DNA of 64,000 nt from Bacteroidota bacterium (GTDB taxonomy: Bacteria; Bacteroidota; Ignavibacteria; UBA10030; UBA6906): the NCBI GenBank assembly GCA_030835135.1, contig JAUQWO010000076.1, forward strand, positions 77,102 to 141,101. Direction: 5' to 3'. Positions within the stretch are counted from its first letter, which is position 1, and the number at the start of each line of letters is the position of its first letter. The notes beneath the pieces were generated by a model that was not told the origin of the DNA, searched no databases, and was given only the letters and a program-made list of their open reading frames with translations. The position numbers and the translations under genes are program-made. Shown here piece by piece: positions 31,638 to 42,184 of this stretch.

Positions 31638-32546
31638 ATGAAGCACTCTGAACGTGTCATGATCTGGATCGCCTTCGCGATCATCTCCACGGTGTGGGGA
31701 ACCACCTGGCTCGCCATCCGTATCGGGCTGGAGACGGTGCCGCCCTTCCTCTCGGCCGGCATCCGGTGCGTTGCCGCTGCCGTGATCCTGTATGGCATCG
31801 TCCGTGTCCAGGGACTCGCGATCCCGCTGACGCCCAGCGCCTGGAAGGTCTATCTGTCGCTGGGTGTGCTTACCATCGGGATCCCATTCGCTCTCATCTA
31901 CTGGGGACAACAGTACATCCCGACCGGCCTGAGCAGCATCCTCTTCGGCGCATTCCCATTCTGTGTCGCGGTCCTGTCCCACCTGATGCTCCGGGATGAA
32001 CCGATGACCGTCAGCAAGGGTGTGGCGATCGTCCTCGGGTTTGCCGGGGTCGTCATCATTTATTACTCCGAATCGTCCATCGCGGACCCACGGGCATTCC
32101 TCGGGATGTCGGCAGTGCTGGTCAGCGTCATCCTCCAGGCCCTTGCCCTCGTCCTCATCAAGAAACACGGTGAACCGGTCAGCCCGATCTCCATGAACTT
32201 CGTGGGCATGGCGATGGGCGGCATCATGGTGCTCCTGCTCAGCGCGGCGGTGGAAGGCGACCGGACCGTGGTCTGGACGACGCAGGCGATGCTTTCGCTC
32301 GCGTATCTGACGGTGGTCGGGTCGGTCGTAACATTCGTTGCCTACTACTGGCTCCTCAAGCGGATCGATGCGGTGTATGTGTCGTTGTCGAGCTTCATCA
32401 ACCCGATCGTCGCCGTCGTGCTCGGAGCCATCATCCTCGGAGAACGGCTGCCGGCGACAGTCTTCACGGGAGCGGCGTTGGTCATGGCTGGATTGCTCGT
32501 TGCCAATGGGAAGGGACTCTATGCGCGCGTTCGTAAAGACCGGTGA
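31638..32546 (+). CDS. EamA/DMT superfamily transporter
   Basis: 10 TM helices with duplicated EamA halves. Confidence 0.7.
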   Translation: MKHSERVMIWIAFAIISTVWGTTWLAIRIGLETVPPFLSAGIRCVAAAVILYGIVRVQGLAIPLTPSAWKVYLSLGVLTIGIPFALIYWGQQYIPTGLSSILFGAFPFCVAVLSHLMLRDEPMTVSKGVAIVLGFAGVVIIYYSESSIADPRAFLGMSAVLVSVILQALALVLIKKHGEPVSPISMNFVGMAMGGIMVLLLSAAVEGDRTVVWTTQAMLSLAYLTVVGSVVTFVAYYWLLKRIDAVYVSLSSFINPIVAVVLGAIILGERLPATVFTGAALVMAGLLVANGKGLYARVRKDR

Positions 32547-32556
32547 CCGGTGGTTG

Positions 32557-34554
32557 ATGCCCCGCATGGGCGCCGCCGCTCTGTGGTTCCTCGCAGCCGG
32601 GTCATGGCTGACCACCGTGCCGGTGTGTGCACAGGAGCCCGGGGGCTTCAGCAAACAACGGCTTGCGCCGTCGGTCGTTTCTCTTGCGGGTGTGGCATGG
32701 GACGTTGACGCGGTGGATGTGATCCACTATGAACTGAACCTGACGCTGGCGATGACCGAGGAACTGATGGGCGGGACCACTTCCCTCCGTGTCGTTCTGA
32801 AGAACATCGCCGGGGGCATGACGGACAGGGTCGCGCTCCACGCCGCCCGGTTGCAGATCGACTCGGCGCGCGTGAATGGAGTGGCGTGTTCGGTCGCGAC
32901 CGATTCTTATGCGGAGGCGATCGCGCTCATCGCACCCTCCGGTGTGCACTTCATGAGCGGTGAAACGCTCGCCGTCAGCATTGGGTACCGCCGTCTTGCC
33001 GGCGTGACGCGGCCCGGAGGTCGGTGGGGGTACTACTACTTCAGGGATTCCCTCGGCATCCCTGCGCATCTCGGCTACACCATGTCCGAACCGTCGGATG
33101 CGCGGTTCTGGATGCCCTGTCACGATGACCCCTCCGACAAGGCAACGGCGGACATTCGCGTGACCGTGCCGGATGGATACGTGGCAGTGTCGAACGGGAA
33201 GCTTCTCGGTACGGACCACCCGGTTGCCGGCTTCATCCGCTGGCACTGGCGCGAGGACCATCTGATCGCTCCGTACCTGATGGCGATCACGGCCTCCCGA
33301 TTCACGGTATCGTCGATGCCGTTCGTCCGCGCGGCAGGCGACACGATCCCCCTGCAGTACTATGTCTGGGCACCCGATTCGGTCGAGACCGCCGCATATC
33401 TCCCGGTGGTGCACGAAATGACGGCCGGGCTGTCGGAGATCTTTGGCCCGTATCCATTCGACAAATACGGGATGGTGTGTATCGTGCCCTTCAGCTACGG
33501 CGGTATGGAGCATCAGTCGATCACCACCATGAACCGGCATCTGAAAACCGAGGAATGGGTGGTGCTCCATGAACTTGCTCACCAATGGTGGGGCAATCTG
33601 GTGACCTGTGCGACGTGGGCCGACATCTGGCTGAACGAGAGCTTTGCCACCTACAGCGAGGCGCTCTGGCATGAGCTCAAGGGCGGTCCGGACGGACTCC
33701 GCTCCTACATGATGAACTCGCTCCTGCATTTCTACTATGGGTCATGGCAGGGTGCGGCGTACGACCCGGAGGGGCAGGGGTTCCATCTGTTCGATGACGT
33801 GGTGTATAGCAAGGGGGCGTGGATCCTGCACACGCTGCGTGGGGCGGTTGGCGATTCCGTATTCTTCCGCACGCTTCGCGCGTATCGTGCACGGTATGCA
33901 GGCAGTAATGCAACCACCGCGCAGTTCCAGGCCGTGGCCGACTCCGTTGCCGGTTCCTCCACGGCATGGTTCTTCGATGCATGGGTTCATGGTATGGGAT
34001 GGCCGATCTATAATGTGCGGCGGGGTTGGTCCGGCGATACGCTCAAGGTCACGGTCAGCCAATTGCAGAGCGCTTCATGGCCGGTGTTTCCGATGTGGCT
34101 GCAGCTCCGCATCCGGGGAGGCGGGCATGATACGACCGTCACGGTGTGGAATGATGCCCGGTCGGCGACCTATGCATTCCGGCCCGGGTTCGCCGCCGAC
34201 AGTATCGAGCTCGATCCGCAGGATCGGGTACTCAAGCAGGTGACGTATACTGCGACGGCGGTCGAAGAAGTGATACGGGTTCCGGAGCACATGATGCTCG
34301 AGCAGAATTACCCGAATCCTTTCAATGGTACGACGGTCATCCGGTTCTCCGCCGGCGATGCCGCGGGGGCCCGGGTACGGCTCGTCGTGCACGATGTTCT
34401 CGGCCGGGAGGTCGCGGTATTGTATGAGGGGCCCGGGGCCGTGGGGGAGCGCAGTGTGTCATTCGATGCCTCCCGGCTCGCCAGCGGCGTCTACCTGTAC
34501 ACACTCCAGGCCGGTGAACGCCGCAGTACGCGTCCCATGCTGCTGATCCGGTGA
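32557..34554 (+). CDS. M1 family metallopeptidase (aminopeptidase N-like) with a T9SS C-terminal sorting domain
   Basis: Signal peptide VCA|Q. GGMEH exopeptidase motif. HELAHQWWGNLVT...WLNESFATY gives HExxH-X18-E. C-terminus NYPNPFNGTTVIRF...GVYLYTL matches the T9SS CTD. Confidence 0.75.
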   Translation: MPRMGAAALWFLAAGSWLTTVPVCAQEPGGFSKQRLAPSVVSLAGVAWDVDAVDVIHYELNLTLAMTEELMGGTTSLRVVLKNIAGGMTDRVALHAARLQIDSARVNGVACSVATDSYAEAIALIAPSGVHFMSGETLAVSIGYRRLAGVTRPGGRWGYYYFRDSLGIPAHLGYTMSEPSDARFWMPCHDDPSDKATADIRVTVPDGYVAVSNGKLLGTDHPVAGFIRWHWREDHLIAPYLMAITASRFTVSSMPFVRAAGDTIPLQYYVWAPDSVETAAYLPVVHEMTAGLSEIFGPYPFDKYGMVCIVPFSYGGMEHQSITTMNRHLKTEEWVVLHELAHQWWGNLVTCATWADIWLNESFATYSEALWHELKGGPDGLRSYMMNSLLHFYYGSWQGAAYDPEGQGFHLFDDVVYSKGAWILHTLRGAVGDSVFFRTLRAYRARYAGSNATTAQFQAVADSVAGSSTAWFFDAWVHGMGWPIYNVRRGWSGDTLKVTVSQLQSASWPVFPMWLQLRIRGGGHDTTVTVWNDARSATYAFRPGFAADSIELDPQDRVLKQVTYTATAVEEVIRVPEHMMLEQNYPNPFNGTTVIRFSAGDAAGARVRLVVHDVLGREVAVLYEGPGAVGERSVSFDASRLASGVYLYTLQAGERRSTRPMLLIR

Positions 34555-34594
34555 GCGGGGCAACACGGTGACCACAGGAGGATCGGTGCCCGGG

Positions 34595-36472
34595 ATGGAC
34601 CCACAGTCGCTGACGATACGCATCGCGGCGGAAGAGGTCTCGCTGGCGGAGAAGCTGGAATCGTTGCCGACGGGTCCGGGCGTGTATCAGCACAAGGATC
34701 CGACGGGGAAGGTCCTGTATGTCGGGAAAGCGAAGAACCTCCGCAACCGCGTCCGTCAGTACTTCCAGCAGTCGCGCACGATGGACCCGCGCATCGAGCA
34801 GATGCTGGCGAAGGCGACCGACATCGAGATCATCGTGACGGATTCCGAGGTCGAGGCCCTGATCCTCGAATCCAACCTCATCAAGAAACTCCGCCCGCGG
34901 TACAACGTCGTGCTCAAGGATGACAAGAGTTATCCGTACATCGTCATCACCAATGAGCCCTACCCGCGCATCTTCATCACCCGCCACATCCGGCGCGACG
35001 GCTCACGGTATTTCGGTCCGTATACCGACGTCAAGAACGTGCGTGCGGCCCTGAAGGTCATCCGTGATCTGTTCATGGTGCGGAGCTGCAATTTCCGTCT
35101 GGATGCCGAGATCATCGCAAAGAAGAAGGTGAAGCTGTGTCTGGACTATCACATCAAAAAGTGTGAAGGTCCGTGCGAGGGGAAGGTCACAGCGGAGCGA
35201 TACAATGCGATGATCGATCAGGCGGCGGTGTTGTTGAAGGGGAAGACCGAGACGCTCGCCGGGATGATGCGTGAAGAGATGGAGACGCTGGCCGCAGCGA
35301 GGAAGTTCGAAGAGGCCGCGGTGATCCGCGACCGCATCCGCGGGCTGGAGGCGTACGCGGAACGGCAGAAGGCGGTGGACCTGGATGCGTGTGACCGGGA
35401 CATCATGGCGTACGCGGCGGAGAACGATGATGCCTGTGGTGTGATCTTCAAGGTGCGTGATGGCAAGATGATCGGGCGGCAGCACTACTACATGAACTCC
35501 GTCGAGGGGAAACCGCCGGCGGAGATCCTGGCGACGATGGTGCAGCAGCACTATCTCGAGGCCCAGGATGTGCCGCAGGAAGTCCTCGTGTCGGCCACCC
35601 CGGATGACACGCCCGCGGTGGAAGAGTGGCTCACCCGGCGGCGGGGAAGCCCGGTCGCCGTCCGCGTCCCCCATGAAGGCGAGGAGGCGAAGCTGGTGGC
35701 GCTCACCAGAACGAATGCGCAGTTCCTTCTGGATGAGCTGAAGGTCCAGCGGTTGAAACGGGCGGACACGACCCCCTTCGGAGTGCTGTCGCTCCAGCGC
35801 GATCTCCGTCTCGAGGTCCCGCCGCGGCGGATCGAATGCTTCGATATCTCCAACACGGCGGGGACGGATTCCGTTGCTTCACTGGTGGTGTTCATCGATG
35901 GGAAGCCGAAGAAGAGTGAATACCGGAAGTTCAAGATCCGCAGCGTGGACGGTCCGAACGATTTCGCGAGCATGCGGGAAGTCGTCGGCCGCCGGTTCAA
36001 GCGGCTGCTGGAGGAACAGGCAACGCTGCCGGATCTTCTCATGGTGGATGGAGGCAAGGGACAGCTGTCCAGTGCCGTCGATGTCCTGAACGGCCTGGGG
36101 CTGACCGCGCAGCCGGTGATCGGGCTCGCCAAGCAGCTCGAGGAGGTTTTTCTTCCGGGCCGGAGCGATCCGGAACTGATCCCGAAAGCATCCGGGAGTT
36201 TGCGGTTGCTGCAGCAGATCCGGGATGAGGCACACAGGTTCGCCATCACATTCCACCGCTCGCTCCGGGAGAAGCGCACGCTGCAGACCGAGCTGGATCT
36301 CATCGAAGGTGTTGGAAAGAAGCGGGCCAGGGAACTCCTCGAAGCGTTCGGGTCGGTGCAGGGAGTACGCTTCGCCTCGCGAGAGCAGCTCGAGGAGCTG
36401 GTGGGGAGCAAAACGGCCGACAGGATCCAGGAGTACTTCGGCGGGGAACGAGAAGATGGGGCAGGTGGCTAA
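34595..36472 (+). CDS. uvrC: excinuclease ABC subunit C
   Basis: N-terminal GIY-YIG (GVYQHKD...YVGKAKNLRNR). UvrBC-interaction and RNaseH-like/HhH C-terminal regions. Confidence 0.9.
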   Translation: MDPQSLTIRIAAEEVSLAEKLESLPTGPGVYQHKDPTGKVLYVGKAKNLRNRVRQYFQQSRTMDPRIEQMLAKATDIEIIVTDSEVEALILESNLIKKLRPRYNVVLKDDKSYPYIVITNEPYPRIFITRHIRRDGSRYFGPYTDVKNVRAALKVIRDLFMVRSCNFRLDAEIIAKKKVKLCLDYHIKKCEGPCEGKVTAERYNAMIDQAAVLLKGKTETLAGMMREEMETLAAARKFEEAAVIRDRIRGLEAYAERQKAVDLDACDRDIMAYAAENDDACGVIFKVRDGKMIGRQHYYMNSVEGKPPAEILATMVQQHYLEAQDVPQEVLVSATPDDTPAVEEWLTRRRGSPVAVRVPHEGEEAKLVALTRTNAQFLLDELKVQRLKRADTTPFGVLSLQRDLRLEVPPRRIECFDISNTAGTDSVASLVVFIDGKPKKSEYRKFKIRSVDGPNDFASMREVVGRRFKRLLEEQATLPDLLMVDGGKGQLSSAVDVLNGLGLTAQPVIGLAKQLEEVFLPGRSDPELIPKASGSLRLLQQIRDEAHRFAITFHRSLREKRTLQTELDLIEGVGKKRARELLEAFGSVQGVRFASREQLEELVGSKTADRIQEYFGGEREDGAGG

Positions 36473-36653
36473 TATTGTCCTTCGTGGAGGCCCGTGCGGA
36501 GTGGTTCCCATGTCCAGACCCGCTGAATGGAAGCGATTTTCGGTGGTACGGTAGTTGCAGGATCTTTGTCGGTGGAGTGGGGGATGAGTGTGTGTTGGCC
36601 TGTAAGAAAGGGAGCGGATGGGAGAAGCCCGACAGCGTACACCGGGGATAACA

Positions 36654-37322
36654 ATGACCGAGCAGCAGTTCATCGCGATCCTTGATGAGTTGCATGTCAT
36701 CCACGTGACCCGGCCGGATGGCGGCAAGGTCACAGTGGTATGCCGGCGTGACGATCAGTTCGTCACCTGCACGGTCACGGACATCAAGGAAGAGGCGAAC
36801 GCCGTTCTGGCTGAGCTGGAAGACCGGAAAAAGGAGATCGAAGAGAACCAGTTCGCGATGCCTCTGGAGGGTGAGATCGCGACCGCGGGTGATCATCTGC
36901 TGCGCGTCCGGTACGCGAAGCGGAACGACCAGCTGACAGTGGACGAGGTGGCGGAGAAGCAGCGTTTGCTGCGGCAGGTGACCGCGGACATGGCCCATCA
37001 GCGGATGATCATCGGGGGGATGAACTATCTGCAGGTGCACTACCGGGAGTTGCAGCCGCGGCTGATGCAGCGGGCGATCCCGCTGGAGGGGTTGGAGAAG
37101 AAGGATGCGGGGGGGCGGCGGATCTGGACGCGCGGCATCAAATCGGCCGCGCTGTACTGCATCAAGGAAGGGGAAAAGCCCGCCAATGCAGGGCGGCCGG
37201 GGATCGATATCTGCCGGGAGTTCTTCGCGCAGTATTCCCTGGAGGACGAGGACGGGTACACGCCCGAGATGCTGTACAGGAACGTACAGCAGATACTCCG
37301 GTTGGACCGGAGTGAGGGGTAG
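36654..37322 (+). CDS. hypothetical protein (no recognised domain)
   Basis: 222-aa ORF with GC-rich codon usage typical of the window. Not placed in any family. Confidence 0.35.
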   Translation: MTEQQFIAILDELHVIHVTRPDGGKVTVVCRRDDQFVTCTVTDIKEEANAVLAELEDRKKEIEENQFAMPLEGEIATAGDHLLRVRYAKRNDQLTVDEVAEKQRLLRQVTADMAHQRMIIGGMNYLQVHYRELQPRLMQRAIPLEGLEKKDAGGRRIWTRGIKSAALYCIKEGEKPANAGRPGIDICREFFAQYSLEDEDGYTPEMLYRNVQQILRLDRSEG

Positions 37323-37333
37323 GAGGAAAGCAC

Positions 37334-37588
37334 ATGACAATGGAGGGTCACATGCGGCAGTATCGTACAGCGCTCGTGGTGCTGGTGTGCGTGCTTCTGG
37401 CGTTCGTGATCGGCTGGAAGGCGGACGCACAGCAGGGGCGTACAGCAAAACCGCCTGTCTGGGAATACCGGGACGGTGCGAACATGACGATCCAGCAGCT
37501 CAACGCGCTCGGGTCCGAAGGCTGGGAGCTGGTGGTGGTCACGTCGTATGGCAAGGACTACTACTATATCCTGAAGCGTCAGAAGTAG
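37334..37588 (+). CDS. DUF4177-like small secreted protein
   Basis: RBS AGGAGGAAAG. Signal peptide ADA|QQ. GWELVVVTSYG motif. Confidence 0.45.
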   Translation: MTMEGHMRQYRTALVVLVCVLLAFVIGWKADAQQGRTAKPPVWEYRDGANMTIQQLNALGSEGWELVVVTSYGKDYYYILKRQK

Positions 37589-37651
37589 AGCGGTCCGTCG
37601 CCCTGCGACTTGCGTTGACGCCGAGAAATGCGTATATTGGTACAATTCAAA

Positions 37652-37727
37652 GGGCGATTAGCTCAGTTGGTCAGAGCGCACGGTTCACATCCGTGAGGTC
37701 ATAGGTTCAAGTCCTATATCGCCCACC
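37652..37727 (+). tRNA. tRNA-Val (anticodon CAC)
   Basis: Cloverleaf read by hand. Acceptor GGGCGAT / ATCGCCC. D-arm GCTC...GAGC. Anticodon stem CACGG / CCGTG with loop TTCACAT. T-arm ATAGG-TTCAAGT-CCTAT. Discriminator A. Confidence 0.85.
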
Positions 37728-37736
37728 CCTTTAAAT

Positions 37737-37836
37737 CCTGCCCGAGAGGCAGGGAAGGGACAAGGCAATGCAGCATCGCACCACCCCCATCGTGTATCCT
37801 CCGTTCGCTCCGGCGTGCGGAGGATCATTCGTTTTT
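37737..37836 (+). promoter_or_regulatory. pyr attenuator leader: PyrR-binding hairpin plus intrinsic terminator
   Basis: Hairpin CCTGCC-CGAGAG-GGCAGG (37737-37753) carries the PyrR binding-loop consensus (AAUCC...GAGAGGC). The downstream terminator TCCTCCG...CGGAGGA plus TTTTT (37796-37836) lies 45 nt before the pyrR ATG. Confidence 0.5.
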
Positions 37837-37880
37837 GGCCATCCTTCTTCCACCCAGTTCCCCCACACCGAAAGGCTATC

Positions 37881-38429
37881 ATGAGACGCCTCAAAGCGCA
37901 GATCATTGACGGCGACGGGTTCGAGCGGACGATCACCCGTCTGGCTCACGAGATCCTGGAAAAGAACAAAGGCGCCGGCACCATCGTGATCGTCGGCATC
38001 CGCACCCGCGGCGAATTCATCGCACGCCGCATCGCACGGATCATCGAATCGGTCGAGAAGACCACCCTTGCCATCGGGTCGCTGGACATCACGCTGTACC
38101 GGGATGACCTCCATGGGAAGCTCGAACAGCCGCAGCTGAAAGGGACCGACATCCTCTTCGATCTCAATGGCAAGGATGTGATCCTGATCGACGACGTGCT
38201 CTTCTCCGGCCGCACGATCCGCGCGGCCCTCGATGCGCTCAGCGATATCGGGCGTCCGCGCACGATCCAGCTCGCCGTCCTCGTGGACCGCGGGCACCGG
38301 CAGCTGCCGATCCGCGCCGACTATGTCGGCAAGAACATCCCGACCGCCGCGCCCGAATCGATCCGCGTCCACGTGAAAGAGATCGATGGCGAAGATGCGG
38401 TTCTCCTGATGCACCCCGAAGAAGACTGA
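37881..38429 (+). CDS. pyrR: bifunctional pyr operon attenuation protein / uracil phosphoribosyltransferase PyrR
   Basis: PRTase fold with [17 protein letters not shown]-binding motif. 182 aa. Confidence 0.85.
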   Translation: MRRLKAQIIDGDGFERTITRLAHEILEKNKGAGTIVIVGIRTRGEFIARRIARIIESVEKTTLAIGSLDITLYRDDLHGKLEQPQLKGTDILFDLNGKDVILIDDVLFSGRTIRAALDALSDIGRPRTIQLAVLVDRGHRQLPIRADYVGKNIPTAAPESIRVHVKEIDGEDAVLLMHPEED

Positions 38430-38453
38430 TCCGACCAGCAAAGGACTACGACC

Positions 38454-39374
38454 ATGCCGCTCCATAGCAGACATCTCCTGGGGCTCGACGGGATGCCGCG
38501 CGAGGACATCCAGCTCATCCTGGATACCGCCGTCAGCTTCCGCGAGGTCCTCGACCGACCCATCAAGAAGGTCCCCCCGTTGCAGGGCAAGACCGTCGCC
38601 AACATGTTCTTTGAGAATTCGACCCGGACACGCCTCTCGTTCGAGCTGGCGGAACGCCGGCTCTCGGCCGATGTCCTCGGCTTCGCCGCTTCGGGGAGCA
38701 GTGTGAGCAAAGGCGAGACACTCAAGGATACCGCGCGGAACATCGAGGCAATGAAGGTGGATATGGTGGTGATGCGCCACGCCGCCGCCGGTGCCACCGC
38801 GTACCTCTCGCGCATCATCGAAGCGAACGTCATCAACGCCGGTGACGGTTCCCACGAGCATCCGACGCAGGCGCTGCTCGACATGTTCACGATCCGCGAG
38901 AAACTCTCGCGGCTGCAGGACCTGCACGTCTGCATCGTGGGCGACATCGCCCACAGCCGCGTCGCGCGCTCGAACATCTTCGGGCTGAAGACGATGGGGG
39001 CGCGCGTGTCGGTGTGCGGACCCGCCACGATGATCCCGCGGGATGTGGAGAAACTCGGCGTCGAGGTCTATCACCACATCGACGACGTCCTCCCCACGGT
39101 CGATGCCGTGAATGTGCTGCGCATCCAGCTGGAGCGGGACGCCAGCCGGCTCTTCCCGTCGCTGCGCGAGTATCACAACTTCTACGGCATCACGCGCAAA
39201 CGTCTGGAGAAGGCGGGCCGCACGATCACGATCCTGCATCCCGGACCCATCAACCGCGACGTGGAGATCTCGGCGGATGTGGCCGACAGCGAACACTCGG
39301 TGATCCTCCAGCAGGTGCTCAATGGCGTCGCCATCCGCATGGCGGTGCTCTATCTGCTGTCCTCCAAGAACTGA
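38454..39374 (+). CDS. pyrB: aspartate carbamoyltransferase catalytic subunit
   Basis: STRTR carbamoyl-phosphate motif, HPxQ, HCLP-like region. Confidence 0.9.
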   Translation: MPLHSRHLLGLDGMPREDIQLILDTAVSFREVLDRPIKKVPPLQGKTVANMFFENSTRTRLSFELAERRLSADVLGFAASGSSVSKGETLKDTARNIEAMKVDMVVMRHAAAGATAYLSRIIEANVINAGDGSHEHPTQALLDMFTIREKLSRLQDLHVCIVGDIAHSRVARSNIFGLKTMGARVSVCGPATMIPRDVEKLGVEVYHHIDDVLPTVDAVNVLRIQLERDASRLFPSLREYHNFYGITRKRLEKAGRTITILHPGPINRDVEISADVADSEHSVILQQVLNGVAIRMAVLYLLSSKN

Positions 39375-39401
39375 ACTCCACCCACTGATGAGGTACTGAC
39401 C

Positions 39402-40688
39402 ATGCAACTCCTATTGAAGAACGGCCGTGTGGTGGACCCGGTGACCGGCCGCGATGAAGAGATGGACCTTCTGATCGTGGACGGCCGCATCGAGAAGACC
39501 GGCAAGGGGCTTGCTGCGCCCGGGGCGCAGGCGATCGAACTGCGGGGCAAGGTCGTGGCGCCCGGCTTTCTGGACATGCACGTGCACTTCCGCGAACCGG
39601 GATTCGAATACAAAGAGACGATCGCCAGTGGTTGTGCTTCCGCGGCAGCCGGCGGCTTCACTGCCGTGTGCTGCATGCCGAACACCAATCCGCCGATCGA
39701 CGATGAATCGGTGATCCGCTTCATTCAGAGCAAGGCGAAGGAAGCATTGAACGGACTGGTGGATGTGTATCCGATCGGTGCCGTGACCATGGGGCGGAAA
39801 GGGGAGCACCTGGCTCCGCTGGCGGAACTGGCAACGGCAGGTGCCGTGGCGTTCTCCGATGACGGGTCGCCGGTCTTCGACAGCGAACTCATGCGCCGGG
39901 CACTCGAATACAGCGCGATGTACAAGAAGCCGGTGATCCAGCACGCAGAAGACCCCGCACTGAGCAAGGGCGGCGTGGCGAATGAAGGGTTCGTGTCCAC
40001 CCAGCTCGGACTCCCCGTGATCCCGCGCCTGGCGGAGGAGGTGATGGTCGTGCGTGATATCCGTCTGGCGGAATACACCGGCGGACAATATCATGTGGCG
40101 CATGTCAGCACCGCGGAGGCCGTGGCGGCTGTCCGTGCCGCCAAGGCAAAGGGAGTTCCGGTGACCTGTGAGGTCGCACCGCATCACTTCACGCTCACCG
40201 ACGAGGCGCTGCGCGGCTATGATACGAACACCAAGATGAACCCCCCGTTGCGCACGCACGGGGATATCGAAGCGATCAAGGAAGGGCTGCGCGATGGCAC
40301 GATCGATGCGATCGCGACCGATCATGCGCCGCACTCTTTCGATGAGAAGGAGGTGGAATTCCAGGTCGCCCCGTTCGGGATCGTGGGGCTCGAAACCGCG
40401 ATCGGACTGGCGGTGACGGAGCTGCTCAGGAAGAACGTCCTCACCCTCACGCAGCTCGTGGAGAAGTTCTCCGTGAACCCGCGGCGCATCCTCCACTTGC
40501 CGGAGATCCGCATTGAAGCCGGGGCCATGGCGAATCTGACCATCTTTGATCCCGCGGCCGATTGGGTCGTTCACCCGCAGGCGTTCCGCTCGCAATCGCG
40601 CAACAGTCCGTTCGGTGGATTCAAACTGACCGGCCGGGCCGTGGGGGTACTCAATAACGGTCAAGCGAGCTGGGCGACACCGTCCTGA
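39402..40688 (+). CDS. pyrC: dihydroorotase
   Basis: Amidohydrolase HxH (DMHVHFREPG) and DxHxH-type metal ligands. 428 aa. Confidence 0.85.
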   Translation: MQLLLKNGRVVDPVTGRDEEMDLLIVDGRIEKTGKGLAAPGAQAIELRGKVVAPGFLDMHVHFREPGFEYKETIASGCASAAAGGFTAVCCMPNTNPPIDDESVIRFIQSKAKEALNGLVDVYPIGAVTMGRKGEHLAPLAELATAGAVAFSDDGSPVFDSELMRRALEYSAMYKKPVIQHAEDPALSKGGVANEGFVSTQLGLPVIPRLAEEVMVVRDIRLAEYTGGQYHVAHVSTAEAVAAVRAAKAKGVPVTCEVAPHHFTLTDEALRGYDTNTKMNPPLRTHGDIEAIKEGLRDGTIDAIATDHAPHSFDEKEVEFQVAPFGIVGLETAIGLAVTELLRKNVLTLTQLVEKFSVNPRRILHLPEIRIEAGAMANLTIFDPAADWVVHPQAFRSQSRNSPFGGFKLTGRAVGVLNNGQASWATPS

Positions 40689-40836
40689 TTTGTGGACGGT
40701 TGCATGGTTTCTTCGACAGCAGCCGGTGAAAATCGCCGGAATCGGGCCCATCAGGGCCGGTTCCGGCGATCCTGTCTGTGGCATATGCTTTGCCCTTGAT
40801 GATGGTGTTACCGTACCACATCAACGCGAGGCACCT

Positions 40837-41619
40837 ATGAAAACCATCCTGTCGATCCTCTCCTTCGCCCTCATCGGCCTTGTTGCCCCCGGGTGCCACG
40901 ATCTGCTGCATCATCCGGACAATGACCCGCCTGCTGCACCGACGGGACTGCGGACCGCGACCGGTGACAATTTCATCGAGTTATACTGGCATGACGACCG
41001 TGACCCCGATGTGGCCGGGTACAATGTGTACGTGAGCGACACCTATGGCGGGCGGTATGAATATGTGGGCACCGTGCACAAGGCGTACTACCTCGATGAT
41101 GAAGCGAGGAATGGCGTCCTCTATTATTATGCGGTCTCCGCCTATGATTATGATGGGAATGAAAGCGAACTGAGCAATGATGTCGCGTACGACATCCCCC
41201 GGCCCGAGGGGTATGATGTGCTCCTGTACAATGCGGGCATCGCATCGGCACAGGCCGGTTACGACTTCTCGAAGTACTCCGTGGTGTCCATCGATGATCA
41301 GTATGCGGATATGTACTTCGTGACCGGGACCCCGGGCCCGGTGATGCGCGTGGATGACGACACGGATATCCAGGACCTGGGTGCGACCTCGTCGATCCTG
41401 GACATCAGCCAGGCGCCACTGAACGGGTGGTCCACGGTCCATGAGGTACCCCTTGTCGCCGGACATACCTACGTGGTCTGGACCTGGGACGATCATTACG
41501 CCAAGTTCCGTGTCTCGTCCATCTCGTCAGGGCGGGTGGTCTTTGACTGGGCATACCAGCTCGTGCCGGCCAACCGGCTCCTGAAGAAGACCCCGACAGG
41601 GGAGCGTCACCGCAAGTGA
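40837..41619 (+). CDS. lipoprotein with a fibronectin type III-like domain
   Basis: Lipobox LVAPGC. PTGLRTATGDNFIELYW is Fn3-like. Confidence 0.45.
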   Translation: MKTILSILSFALIGLVAPGCHDLLHHPDNDPPAAPTGLRTATGDNFIELYWHDDRDPDVAGYNVYVSDTYGGRYEYVGTVHKAYYLDDEARNGVLYYYAVSAYDYDGNESELSNDVAYDIPRPEGYDVLLYNAGIASAQAGYDFSKYSVVSIDDQYADMYFVTGTPGPVMRVDDDTDIQDLGATSSILDISQAPLNGWSTVHEVPLVAGHTYVVWTWDDHYAKFRVSSISSGRVVFDWAYQLVPANRLLKKTPTGERHRK

Positions 41620-41692
41620 CGTGGTTGACTTTCAGTCCGGCATGGTGTACTTTTTTGCATCGTCGCAGGAAGGCCGGAACGTGTTCTCGATC

Positions 41693-42178
41693 ATGCTGTA
41701 CATACTGTTGATGGGTGCGTGGAGTCCCGGAGCCCCCCCGGCCGAACAGGCAGAGGGCTCCGGGGCTCTGCCGCAGGGGGCAACCTCACAACTGCGCAGA
41801 TCCCTCCTCCCGTCGCGGGGGAAGGAATCCGTGGCAGCCGGCCCCCGCGAAGTCTTCACTGCCGTGGAGCAGGGGCTCGCCGCTGGCAATGTCGAGCCCG
41901 TGTCCACCCACCTCGATTCCCGCGTCTACATGCAGCTCCGCGGATCCGAAGGCGGCTATCACTCCTCCACACAGGCCTACTACATTCTCTCGGCGTTCCT
42001 GAAGGCCCGCAAGCCCGCGTCAGTTGCCTTCACCACCTACGGGGAGACGGACGGGGCCCCGTATGCCACCGGGGCCGCCTCGTTCATCACGCGCGGCATG
42101 CGTGAAGACCTCCAGATCTACGTCGCGCTGCACCTGTCGGGCGACCGCTGGGTGATCACCCACCTGAACATGTATTAG
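41693..42178 (+). CDS. hypothetical secreted protein (DUF4783-like?)
   Basis: Signal peptide. 160-aa mature domain with no catalytic motif. Confidence 0.35.
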   Translation: MLYILLMGAWSPGAPPAEQAEGSGALPQGATSQLRRSLLPSRGKESVAAGPREVFTAVEQGLAAGNVEPVSTHLDSRVYMQLRGSEGGYHSSTQAYYILSAFLKARKPASVAFTTYGETDGAPYATGAASFITRGMREDLQIYVALHLSGDRWVITHLNMY

Positions 42179-42184
42179 GATCCC

